Positions 19,451 through 27,835 are shown, numbered from the stretch's first letter. The stretch: 45,984 nt of DNA from an uncultured Thermodesulfobacteriota bacterium (GCA_964623985.1 CAZUXG010000004.1:1-45984); one strand, 5' to 3'. A program made the numbers and translations. The notes: generated from the sequence alone by a model not told the origin.

Positions 19451-19981
19451 TTACTGTTTATCTGTGTCGTTTTTGGGGGCCGGGGTGGTTTTTTTGCTTG
19501 TCACCCGGCGGCGTGGTGTCTTGGGTTTGGTTTTTAATTTTTCTTCTGTTTTAGTCTGGCCGACAACTTTTTTTTCAGCCTTTTCAGCTTCTTTCTTAAT
19601 TTTAGGAGTTTCAACCTTTACTTCATTTGTTTCTGGTACTGTTTCAGACGGGGGGTCAGTCGCTGGGCTTACGGTCTCATCCTGATCGGTGCAACAAAGC
19701 TCTTCCGACGGGTTCTCGGCTTTTATTTCGTTGATCTCATCAATCACCATCTCCTGTTCCTGATCAAGGTCTGCAATCGTAAGTAGAAGTTGGGATATTT
19801 CATCTTTTTCCCAGATATCTTCATCTTGTTGCAGGGCCTTGAAAATGTACACCCTTTCTCCGAGGTGGCGGAGTTGCTGTTTACGCCGATTGCTGATGGC
19901 CACGAGTTTCGCTTTGCGGCTTCCTAAACGGCACAGTTTCCCAATTTGGTAGTTGATATTTTTGAACACTGAATTGGCCAT
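19451..19981 (-). CDS. Hypothetical protein with N-terminal coiled coil and Lys/Thr/Glu-rich low-complexity tail
   Basis: Strong RBS aggagg upstream of ATG 19981; followed by a terminator. Confidence 0.8.
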   Translation of the reverse strand: MANSVFKNINYQIGKLCRLGSRKAKLVAISNRRKQQLRHLGERVYIFKALQQDEDIWEKDEISQLLLTIADLDQEQEMVIDEINEIKAENPSEELCCTDQDETVSPATDPPSETVPETNEVKVETPKIKKEAEKAEKKVVGQTKTEEKLKTKPKTPRRRVTSKKTTPAPKNDTDKQ

Positions 19982-20252
19982 GCCTTTCCTCCTAAAGTAT
20001 AATTTGCGAGTATAGCTAGTGAAAACGGTAATACTTGTCAAGGTTTTTTTTATTTTCGGGTTGTTTTTTATTTTTTTATGTGTAGAGTAAGCAGTTTCCA
20101 GTAAAATCCTGCAGGTTATGCAGGATACCCTTTCAAGTCATGCTTGTCAGCGTGCTCGGATAATAATGAGTTATAAAAAGTTTGACTTGTTACGAAGTAT
20201 AATTTCTTTGCTAGAAATTTCAATAGAGAAGTAAATACGAGGGTTTCAAATA

Positions 20253-21026
20253 GTGAATAGTGAATCATGGATTGTCATCCCGGCCCGTTATCAGGCGCGG
20301 CGTTTCCCGGGTAAACCTCTGGCCTTGCTCCATGGCCGGCCGATGATTGCCTGGGTGCTTGAGGCCTGTTTGGCGGCCCGGCAGGCCCGGGAAGTGGTGG
20401 TGGCAACCGATGATCAACGGATTGTCGATGTGGTGCATGCCTGCGGTGGACATGTCGAGATGACCGCCGACTATCATAAGAGTGGCACCGAAAGGCTGGC
20501 TGAGATTGCTGGGCGCTATCCTGAGGTGAAGTGGTTTGTCAATGTTCAGGGCGATGAGCCGGGAATCGATCCCCGGTTGATTGATCGTGTTATCACGTTG
20601 CTGGCGGAGAGGGACAATCCTGATCTGATAGTCTCGGCGGCTACCTCTTTAAGAAACCCGGATGATTATAGGTCGCCTCATGTTGTAAAAGTAGTAGTTG
20701 ATCTTAAGAGCAAGGCTCTCTATTTTTCTCGTTCTCCGATCCCCTTTTATCAGGATGAAAGTCTCGGTATTCAGGCCCTTAAAGATGGTTATTCGGGAGT
20801 CTGGCAGCATCTTGGAATATACGGTTATAGTGGTAGTTTCTTACGTAATTTAAGTGGTCAGCAGTCTGGAGTTTTAGCGGCGGCTGAGAATCTGGAGCAG
20901 TTGAACTGGGTTGAAAACGGCTACCCAATTGAAATTCTAGAATGTAATTCCCCCTGGTCAGGTATTGATACGCCAGAAGAGTTGGAGCGTTTTTCCTCTA
21001 AATGGTCCGGAACTATTGGCGGATAA
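20253..21026 (+). CDS. kdsB: 3-deoxy-manno-octulosonate cytidylyltransferase
   Basis: IPARYQARRFPGKPL, VATDD, SGTER, NVQGDEP, ALYFSRSPIP, LEQL. Confidence 0.95.
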   Translation: MNSESWIVIPARYQARRFPGKPLALLHGRPMIAWVLEACLAARQAREVVVATDDQRIVDVVHACGGHVEMTADYHKSGTERLAEIAGRYPEVKWFVNVQGDEPGIDPRLIDRVITLLAERDNPDLIVSAATSLRNPDDYRSPHVVKVVVDLKSKALYFSRSPIPFYQDESLGIQALKDGYSGVWQHLGIYGYSGSFLRNLSGQQSGVLAAAENLEQLNWVENGYPIEILECNSPWSGIDTPEELERFSSKWSGTIGG

Positions 21027-21043
21027 ACTGAAAAGAGATTTAG

Positions 21044-21328
21044 ATGAGTGACTGGATTGAAATTGAAACGGATAGCAAACATATCAAGCGGGAGCGCGAA
21101 AAAGCTCGTCAATTACGTAACAGCCAGTATTGGCAGCGACTTTTAAACAATGGTATATGCCATTACTGTGGGCGGTGTTTCTTACCTCATGAGTTGACGA
21201 TGGATCATGTCGTTCCCCTCTCCCGGGGGGGGCGCAGTGTGAAGGGTAATATTGTTCCTTGTTGTAAGGAATGTAATAATAAGAAGAAATACAAAACCCC
21301 TGTGGAGATGATTTTGGAGGATTTATAA
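21044..21328 (+). CDS. Small HNH endonuclease family protein
   Basis: CHYC...TMDHVVPLSRGG...NIVPCCKECNNKK. Confidence 0.9.
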   Translation: MSDWIEIETDSKHIKREREKARQLRNSQYWQRLLNNGICHYCGRCFLPHELTMDHVVPLSRGGRSVKGNIVPCCKECNNKKKYKTPVEMILEDL

Positions 21329-21747
21329 TGGGGCATGTAGTTAATAAAGCTGATATTGAGGTTGCGGTGGGCACGGAACCGTTCACGGTGGCCGAAATAT
21401 ATTCTAAATTTATTGAAAAGGAGAGCGTTGCCACCGGTACCGTAGTTATGCATCATGGGAGCGTCAAATATCCGGGCAAAGTCCTGTCCGATTTTCGCGT
21501 AGTCAGCCTTGACGCGCTGGTTGACGATGTTTGTGAAGGTTTGCGAACCATAGCCGTTGATGCGGCTTGGCATTTTATTTTGCATCGTATTATTATCCTG
21601 CATCGTTTGGGATTGGTTGAACGAGGGGGTGATGTTCTGCTCGTTATCTGTTCAGCTGCGACCCGTCGTGATGCTTTTGATGCCTGCTCATGGATTGTCG
21701 ATGAGATAAAAAAAGAGCAGCTCATAACCCTGCGTGAGCTGCCTTAG
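21328..21747 (+). CDS. MoaE-like protein (divergent molybdopterin synthase large-subunit fold)
   Basis: HRLGLVERGGDVLLVICSAATRRDAFDACSWIVDEIK; lacks the terminal PxWKKE motif. Confidence 0.75.
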   Translation: MGHVVNKADIEVAVGTEPFTVAEIYSKFIEKESVATGTVVMHHGSVKYPGKVLSDFRVVSLDALVDDVCEGLRTIAVDAAWHFILHRIIILHRLGLVERGGDVLLVICSAATRRDAFDACSWIVDEIKKEQLITLRELP

Positions 21748-21789
21748 GAGACTATTTGAGAGAACTTGCTACTCTCGGACAGTCTCTTA
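21745..21789. repeat. Imperfect hairpin starting at the moaE-like stop codon
   Basis: taggagactatttgagag / ctctcggacagtctctta (with G:T pairs). Confidence 0.5.
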
Positions 21790-21919
21790 GTACCCTTTAG
21801 CGTTGAAATTTAACTTAAAACGGTCATAATCTAGATCAAGTTAAGATGTTTTAAAAAGCCAAGATTCTTTGTTTAGTCCGGCTCTGCTGGGGGGCTAAGC
21901 AAGAGTTATTAGGCCCCGT

Positions 21920-22351
21920 TCAAAAAGCCCCAAGTTGGCATGGTGATATCTTGATTTCGAGGGCTTCGCAGGCAGCTGTAATTTCGGTTTTTTTCAGGTT
22001 TAAGTGAGCGGCTATTTCCCAGGCCTTATGGCATGGTAGGCGATGGTCCTTTAGCCCATCTGCTAAGGCTTTGCAGAGCACTGGGTCAGGGGTCGTCGCG
22101 GCTTCTATTTTCTTCTCTTTGCGGCCTTGTCCAAAAAGTCCGAGCTGGCATCCGGTCAGGCGGAGTTCAAGAAGATCTGCTGCGCGACCGATTTCGGTTG
22201 GCGAAAAACCGGTTTCCTGGGCCAGTAGATGAGCCTTGATGCAGCTCAAGTGACCGTTATCAGCAGCGCTGATTAATTTTTGTCTTAAAGTCTCGGGGAT
22301 CTGAGAGTCGCTGTGTTTGGCGGCATAGTGGCCAGTGTTAAGGTGGGTCAT
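21920..22351 (-). CDS. Hypothetical protein with two tandem Cys-containing repeats ending CQLGxF
   Basis: LSCIKAHLLA...LRLTGCQLGLFG and LPCHKAWEIA...IKISPCQLGAF; ATG at 22351 overlaps the upstream TAA. Confidence 0.8.
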   Translation of the reverse strand: MTHLNTGHYAAKHSDSQIPETLRQKLISAADNGHLSCIKAHLLAQETGFSPTEIGRAADLLELRLTGCQLGLFGQGRKEKKIEAATTPDPVLCKALADGLKDHRLPCHKAWEIAAHLNLKKTEITAACEALEIKISPCQLGAF

Positions 22352-22542
22352 TAGTCGGTTTTCCTCGTTTCTGTTTGCTTTGCCTTCTTGAAGTTTCCTG
22401 ACGTTTGGTGCTTCTTTTTTTCCGGGCCGGCCACCTGGCAGGCGGGTTTCATTCAGGTCGAGATGCCCATTTTGGGCAGGATATGCGCCTGTAGCAGATA
22501 CCAAGCAACGAAGATTCCCAGAATTATCAGTATCTCTTTCAT
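22351..22542 (-). CDS. Candidate small membrane selenoprotein, 63 aa, Sec at codon 30 (not in the ORF track)
   Basis: MKEILIILGIFVAWYLLQAHILPKMGIST-[TGA 22455-22453]-MKPACQVAGPEKKKHQTSGNFKKAKQTETRKTD-TAA; RBS aagg; SECIS-like hairpin; TAATG coupling to the next gene. Confidence 0.7.
22426..22443 (-). promoter_or_regulatory. Putative bacterial SECIS element
   Basis: mRNA GCCUGCC-AGGU-GGCCGGC (6 GC pairs, one U/C mismatch); loop starts 16 nt after UGA with G at loop position 2. Confidence 0.6.
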
Positions 22543-22623
22543 GATTTATGCCTTTTTGGTTTTGAAAATAGTTTTCTTGGTATTTTTCAACAGCTTATTT
22601 AGAAGATAGGCTTTTTCGTTATT

Positions 22624-23208
22624 TTAATCAACCTTGTAGACGTTGATTTTTTTTCTGCCCCATTCCAGGGCCCGGTTGTGAGAGTCAAAAAAGAGATCAA
22701 GTCTTTTTTCTCCTTTGATAGCCGAACCACGATCCTCAACTACACCATAGCCGTATCCCGGAATATAGAAACGGGTACCGAAGGGGTGATAATTGGTATC
22801 TGCCGCCAGGGTTCCGTCGCGGGAGGCCCATAGCCAGGGAAAGAAGAGGCACCAGGGCTGGTGTAAAAGTTTGGGATTGGGTTCTCTGGGTACGGTACCA
22901 CTGGCAGTTAGCCCGCTATACTCCTGACCCCGATTTTCCCCGGTTGTGATAGTGCGGTTCCAGAAGTCAAGCTTGAGGAATTTCCAGCTGCCCCTTTCCC
23001 AGCCACAGCATTGCCCGCAACCGCAATAGGCCGTGGTTTCCATCCGCAGCGCCTTGCGGTGGCCGCCACAGCCGTAGAGGGTGAGCGTGGTCAGGGCGAC
23101 GAGAATGATTAATGGAAGATATTTATGTATGGTGGAGCTGTATAAATGGAAGATTGATAGTGGTTCTTTTTTAATCTCTCTTGTGATGGTGTCGGTTTCG
23201 GAATGCAT
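22624..23208 (-). CDS. 3D-domain (MltA-like) protein, probable lipoprotein
   Basis: TTAYCGCGQCCGW, LAAD...PFGT.FYIPGYG.GVVEDRGSAIKG..RLDLF...ALEWGRK; LYGC lipobox-like motif. Confidence 0.85.
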   Translation of the reverse strand: MHSETDTITREIKKEPLSIFHLYSSTIHKYLPLIILVALTTLTLYGCGGHRKALRMETTAYCGCGQCCGWERGSWKFLKLDFWNRTITTGENRGQEYSGLTASGTVPREPNPKLLHQPWCLFFPWLWASRDGTLAADTNYHPFGTRFYIPGYGYGVVEDRGSAIKGEKRLDLFFDSHNRALEWGRKKINVYKVD

Positions 23209-23453
23209 GAGTTTGACTCCGTGAAAATAAGCTTGAAATAGTTATTTATCCTACCTTTTTTACTTGTCATTGCAGATAGTTACAGGTATGATTAAGACTT
23301 TGCTAAGAAGTCAAAAACTAAATTGTAAAGGTGCCCGGGTCTCTAAGGTGTAGTCTGAGCGTTTTGGCGATAAGAAAAGTTTTTTTATGTGTTCAACATG
23401 ATTGTTTCAACCAAATAGAGGGATATACGGTTGTCTGTCAAGGAGACAATAAT

Positions 23454-24272
23454 ATGAATTTTATTGAAAAACTGGAACGCGCCCAGAAAAAAAACAGCTC
23501 GTTACTTTGTGTCGGTCTGGATCCGTCATTGGATCGTTTGCCTGAGTCATGTCGTGTGCAGTCTCAGCCTTTTTTGGTTTTTAATCGGGCCTTAATCGAT
23601 GCAACCTCCGACCTTGTCTGTGCCTATAAACCGCAAATTGCCCACTATGCGGCTTGCGGGGCGGAAGCGGAACTTTTGGCAACAATTAGCTATATTCATG
23701 ATAATTATGCTGACATTCCGGTGATTCTTGATGCCAAGCGGGGCGATATCGGGAGTACGGCAGAAAAATATGCTCTGGAAGCTTTTGAACGTTATCAGGC
23801 CGATGCGGTTACTGTCAATCCCTATCTTGGCGGTGATTCACTTGAACCTTTTCTGAAATATGAGGAGAAGGGGGTGGTCATCCTCTGTCGCACTTCAAAT
23901 CCTGGTAGTGGTGAGTTGCAGGGACTTGAAGTTGACGGCGAGCCAGTCTATCTAAAACTTGCCGGGTTGGCAGCGGCTTCTTGGAATAAAAACCGCAATA
24001 TTTTGTTGGTTGTCGGAGCAACTTGGCCGGCTGAACTCGCCCGGGTGCGTGAGGTTGTTGGAGAGATGCCTTTGCTGGTGCCCGGAGTTGGGGTTCAGGG
24101 TGGCAATCTGGCCGCCGTATTACGAGCCGGTCTCGATAGTCGTGGGGCCGGACTGGTGATTAATTCATCGCGGGGTATTATCTATGCCGGGCAGGGGGAA
24201 GGCTATGTTGAAGCGGCTCGGCAGGCGGCGTTAGAACTCCGGGACGCGATTAACAGCCATCGCCAGATATAA
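23454..24272 (+). CDS. pyrF: Orotidine-5'-phosphate decarboxylase (subfamily 2)
   Basis: LCVGLDP, DAKRGDIGST, RTSNPGS, VVGAT, LVPGVG, NSSRGI; RBS aggag before ATG 23454. Confidence 0.95.
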   Translation: MNFIEKLERAQKKNSSLLCVGLDPSLDRLPESCRVQSQPFLVFNRALIDATSDLVCAYKPQIAHYAACGAEAELLATISYIHDNYADIPVILDAKRGDIGSTAEKYALEAFERYQADAVTVNPYLGGDSLEPFLKYEEKGVVILCRTSNPGSGELQGLEVDGEPVYLKLAGLAAASWNKNRNILLVVGATWPAELARVREVVGEMPLLVPGVGVQGGNLAAVLRAGLDSRGAGLVINSSRGIIYAGQGEGYVEAARQAALELRDAINSHRQI

Positions 24273-24326
24273 TTTTACATAGAGAAATTTTTTCTTGACA
24301 AAGGGTCTTTAATTCGTTAAATATGA

Positions 24327-24353
24327 TAAAAAAGATTAGGTTAATCTTTTTTA
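24327..24353. terminator. AT-rich hairpin between convergent pyrF and ispH
   Basis: taaaaaagatta-ggt-taatctttttta. Confidence 0.5.
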
Positions 24354-24423
24354 CTGAGTCTTTCAGAAACCTTGACAATGTTCTGCCGGCGGCGGTAATC
24401 AATAAAGTCTATTGTCCCGAATG

Positions 24424-25293
24424 TCAGGATAAATTTTGCAGGCTCTTTAAGACCTCATCGATTAGCCATTTCGGGGTCGAGGCTCCAGCACTGATGCCGA
24501 TAGTTTGTTTGTCAATAAACCATTCGCTCTGCAAATCTTCAGCTGTTTCAATGTGGTAAGAGGCTCTTTGTCTCTCCTTGCAGAGTTCGTGTAGGCGGTT
24601 GGTGTTGGCACTATTGCGGCCTCCTATAATAATCATGCAATCGCAGCTTTTCGCCAGCTCAAGGGCTTCACTTTGTCGGTCGCTGGTGGCCGTGCAGATG
24701 GTGTTGAAACAGCGCAGTTCACCTTTGATGGCCAATAGAGATAGGGCAATCTCGTTATAGAGTTGTTGTGACTGGGTAGTTTGCGCCAGAAGGGCGATGC
24801 GGGAAGGCTTGGGTTTTGTGAAGAATCCGGCTGGGATATCAGCCGGTTTGGAGATCACCAAAGTGCGTTGCGGGTCTCCGTAGCTGATCAGACCGGCAAC
24901 CTCTGGATGGTCAGGTTCCCCGAAAATTAAAACCTGGTAACCGGCTTCACTCATTTCCGCGACAATCTTCTGGGCTCGCCGGACAAACGGGCAGGTGGCG
25001 TCAGTTACGGTTAAGTCGGGATGTTGTTCGAGTTTTTGGGTGAGTTGTCTAGTGATGCCATGTGATCTGATTATGACGACTCCTTGCTCAAGTTCGCTGA
25101 TTCGGTCGACCTGCTTGACGCCCATTTTGTTAAGTCGATTAACCACCTGGGGATTGTGAATGATCGGGCCTAAAGTGTGGATTTGTTGCTGGGGATATTT
25201 TTCCGGAGCTTCGTTTGCAAGGTTGACTGCCCGTTTGACGCCGAAACAGAATCCTGCGGTTTTGGCAACTTTAACTTGTAACTTTTTATTCAT
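24424..25293 (-). CDS. ispH: 4-hydroxy-3-methylbut-2-enyl diphosphate reductase
   Basis: AGFCFGVKRA, IIHN, RSHG, DATCPFV, TICTAT, SANT, AGASTP; start at ATG 25293 overlapping the cmk end. Confidence 0.95.
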   Translation of the reverse strand: MNKKLQVKVAKTAGFCFGVKRAVNLANEAPEKYPQQQIHTLGPIIHNPQVVNRLNKMGVKQVDRISELEQGVVIIRSHGITRQLTQKLEQHPDLTVTDATCPFVRRAQKIVAEMSEAGYQVLIFGEPDHPEVAGLISYGDPQRTLVISKPADIPAGFFTKPKPSRIALLAQTTQSQQLYNEIALSLLAIKGELRCFNTICTATSDRQSEALELAKSCDCMIIIGGRNSANTNRLHELCKERQRASYHIETAEDLQSEWFIDKQTIGISAGASTPKWLIDEVLKSLQNLS

Positions 25294-25969
25294 TAAACCG
25301 GGTCCTATAGAGATCGATAATTCGTTGGCTGACATCTTCGATATTAAGCTCTGTGGTGTCAATAAAAATGGCGTCTTCAGCCTGACGCAGTGGAGCTTGG
25401 GGACGGGAACTGTCAGCCTCGTCGCGCCGGACGATAGCTTCAGTGACACTTTTCAGATCAACTTCGGCATTTTGTTTTTGATCCTCAAGGCGACGTTTTG
25501 CCCGGGTGCTAAGGTCGGCATCAAGGTAAATCTTAAGATCTGCATGGGGAAATATAACGGTTCCGGCATCACGGCCGTCAATAATGGCGTGGTTGTTTTG
25601 GGCTGCAGCTCTTTGGAGTGGGAGCAGTGCATTTCTGACACAAGAGAGGCTGGAGACGGTTGACGCGAGATGATCAATCTCAGGGCTGCGGATGGCGGTG
25701 GTAACCTCCTGCTCATTACAGAAGACCAGATTGTTTTCACCCGCTGCCTGAAAACGGATTCTGATATTTTGGAGAAGTGGTGATAGGGCGTTCTCGCAAG
25801 TTATATCGAGGTTCGCTTCCCGGGCCGCCCAGGCGACACACCGGTACATGGCACCGGTATCGATGTAGCTTAAGTTTAGGCGGGCGGCAACTGTTTTGCT
25901 GATCGTACTCTTGCCGGCCCCTGAAGGTCCGTCAACGGTGATGATAAAGTTTTTACTTGGTTTTTGCAT
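25286..25969 (-). CDS. cmk: Cytidylate kinase
   Basis: DGPSGAGKST, DTGAMYR, DGRDAGTVIFP. Confidence 0.95.
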   Translation of the reverse strand: MQKPSKNFIITVDGPSGAGKSTISKTVAARLNLSYIDTGAMYRCVAWAAREANLDITCENALSPLLQNIRIRFQAAGENNLVFCNEQEVTTAIRSPEIDHLASTVSSLSCVRNALLPLQRAAAQNNHAIIDGRDAGTVIFPHADLKIYLDADLSTRAKRRLEDQKQNAEVDLKSVTEAIVRRDEADSSRPQAPLRQAEDAIFIDTTELNIEDVSQRIIDLYRTRFNE

Positions 25970-26016
25970 ATTGACTTTAATGTTTCCGTACTTGTTCTCC
26001 CAGTGTAAGACCAGAG

Positions 26017-26096
26017 AAATAAGGTGTACGTAAGTACGTCGCAGTGACGAAGGTTGCAGGGCATTGAAGAAGGTGGAGTTTTTACTGTGCCATCAA
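26017..26096. repeat. Degenerate REP/MITE-like element abutting the efp stop codon
   Basis: Internal gtac..gtac hairpin; end ttttactgtgccat matches ttttactttgtcat of the 40389..40484 element at 12/14 positions. Confidence 0.5.
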
Positions 26097-26653
26097 GATT
26101 TGACCCGTTCCATATATTCCCCGGTGCGAGTATCGATCTTCAGGCGGTCGCCGGGGTTGATAAAGAGCGGAACGTTGATGCGGGCGCCGGTTTCGACGGT
26201 GACCGGTTTGGTTACGCTGCTCGCGGTGTCACCTTTAAGACCGGGTTCGGCCTCGGTTACTTCGAGGGTGACAAAGGTCGGTAGATCCAGATTAACGACC
26301 CGGCCTTTGTAGAATAGAACCGTGACAATGCTGTTTTCCTGGAGGAAATTCTTGGCGTTGCCGACAAGATCAGCGGTTAATGCGGTTTGTTCATAGGTGT
26401 CGTTGTCCATGAAGTGGAAGTCACCGTCAGTATAGAGGTATTGCATCTCTTTTTCTTCAATATCCGGTTTGCCGACTTTTTCACCGGAGCGAAAGGTCCG
26501 TTCGACGACATTACCGTTTAGCAGGTTTTTCAGTTTGGTCCGGACAAAGGCACCGCCCTTGCCCGGTTTTACATGTTGGAACTCAACAATGATGAAAGGT
26601 TCATCATTGATTTCAATTCGTAAGCCGCGGCGAAAATCGGGGGTTGAATACAT
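26093..26653 (-). CDS. efp: Elongation factor P
   Basis: HVKPGKGGAFVRTK, FMDNDTYEQ, KGDTA, VPLFIN, DTRTGEY. Confidence 0.97.
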   Translation of the reverse strand: MYSTPDFRRGLRIEINDEPFIIVEFQHVKPGKGGAFVRTKLKNLLNGNVVERTFRSGEKVGKPDIEEKEMQYLYTDGDFHFMDNDTYEQTALTADLVGNAKNFLQENSIVTVLFYKGRVVNLDLPTFVTLEVTEAEPGLKGDTASSVTKPVTVETGARINVPLFINPGDRLKIDTRTGEYMERVKS

Positions 26654-26710
26654 AGCTTTTTCCTTCTTTTTTAGGAGAGTTTTTTATCGGTGGAGAGTCA
26701 TCTCTACCGT

Positions 26711-27826
26711 TTAAGCGATAATCATCTTTGCCAGACTTTTATCGATGGTCGTAAGTTTTTCAGCTCCCTTGTCGTTGAGATATATCATATCTTCAATCCG
26801 GATACCCCAGCGATTTGGGAAGTAACATCCCGGTTCAATCGTAAAAACCATGCCTGGTTCCAAGCGTTTGTCCGGGGATTGTTGTGAGATTGAGGGTGCT
26901 TCATGGATCTCCAAACCAACGCCGTGTCCGGTTCCGTGACTGAACCATTTATCAAGTTTAGCTTCAGCCAGCACTTCTCTGACCTGGTGGTCAAGTTCTC
27001 GGGCCGATATGCCGGTTGCTAAGGCCTTAAGGCCCCGGTCTTGGGCCTTGTAAAGAGCCCTGTAGACCCGTTGAACTTCCTGGTTGGGTTCTTCGAGAAA
27101 GAAGGTGCAGGTTTGGTCGCTGTGATAGCCCTGGTAACAGGCACCGAAATCTATGGTGACGATATCTCCGGGATTGATGAAACGCTCTGAAGCGACACCG
27201 TGTGGCAGGGCGGAGCGTGGTCCGCTGGCGATAATCAGGGGGAATGCCGCCTTTTCGCCTCCGGCGCGGCGTATCTGGTATTCCATCTCGGTTGCCAGAT
27301 CGCGTTCCCTGATGCCGGGGTGCAGTTGCGGAAGGATTTTTTGCAGGGCTTCTTCTGCGATTGCAACGGCTTTGCGTAAGAGTTTGAGCTCCTCGTTATC
27401 TTTATGCTGGCGTGGCCTTGAGAGAATAGAGGCGGCCGCGACCGGTTCTTTGCCGTTCAGATTCTGACGTAGCTTGAGCCAGATTCCGGCGCTTAATTTA
27501 CCTTCATCAATGCCCAGTTTTTTTATTTTAAGGTTCTCTTTCAGATGCTGACAAAGATTATTTAAAGAAGTGATACGGATCAGCTCAAATGAGCTTGAAA
27601 TCTCGGCTGCGGCCTGGGTTGTATAGCGGCCATCGGTAAAGAATATGTTATGGTCAGCGGTCAGCAGAAGATAGGCGCTATCTCCGCTGTAGCCCGTATA
27701 GTAGTTGAGGTTGGCTGGGTGATTAATGAGAAAGGCGTCGCATTTCGCCTCATCAAGCAGAGTGCGAAGTTTCTCAATTCTTTGTAAGTATAGATTAGCA
27801 TGGTCGGGCTCGAGGTAGTTTTTCAA
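26711..27826 (-). CDS. Xaa-Pro aminopeptidase (M24 family)
   Basis: TDGRY, ALPHG, DFGA..GYHSDQT, HGTGHGVGLEIHE, TIEPG, GIRIED. Confidence 0.92.
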   Translation of the reverse strand: MKNYLEPDHANLYLQRIEKLRTLLDEAKCDAFLINHPANLNYYTGYSGDSAYLLLTADHNIFFTDGRYTTQAAAEISSSFELIRITSLNNLCQHLKENLKIKKLGIDEGKLSAGIWLKLRQNLNGKEPVAAASILSRPRQHKDNEELKLLRKAVAIAEEALQKILPQLHPGIRERDLATEMEYQIRRAGGEKAAFPLIIASGPRSALPHGVASERFINPGDIVTIDFGACYQGYHSDQTCTFFLEEPNQEVQRVYRALYKAQDRGLKALATGISARELDHQVREVLAEAKLDKWFSHGTGHGVGLEIHEAPSISQQSPDKRLEPGMVFTIEPGCYFPNRWGIRIEDMIYLNDKGAEKLTTIDKSLAKMIIA

Positions 27827-27835
27827 GGTTATGGT

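Noticed and set aside
19272-19685. 137-aa hydrophobic-looking plus-strand ORF
   Set aside because: It is the antisense shadow of the Lys/Glu-rich tail of the 19451..19981 gene and runs through a terminator.
20106-20126. 8-bp inverted repeat atcctgca-ggtta-tgcaggat in the divergent promoter region upstream of kdsB
   Set aside because: Too short and single-copy to call as an operator or RNA without comparative data.
21044-21328. HNH gene as a mobile or defence element
   Set aside because: It is a small stand-alone HNH embedded in an operon with kdsB, with no flanking repeats, methylase or integrase.
22352-22504. 51-aa N-terminal extension of the 21920..22504 ORF, and the plus-strand ORF 22388..22609
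   Set aside because: Both overlap the better-supported Sec-containing frame. The ATG at 22351, coupled to that frame's TAA, is the more plausible start.
23300-23453. GTG-start extension of pyrF from 23331, or a PyrR-type attenuator
   Set aside because: A strong RBS sits before ATG 23454, and I saw no PyrR-binding loop or terminator/antiterminator pair.
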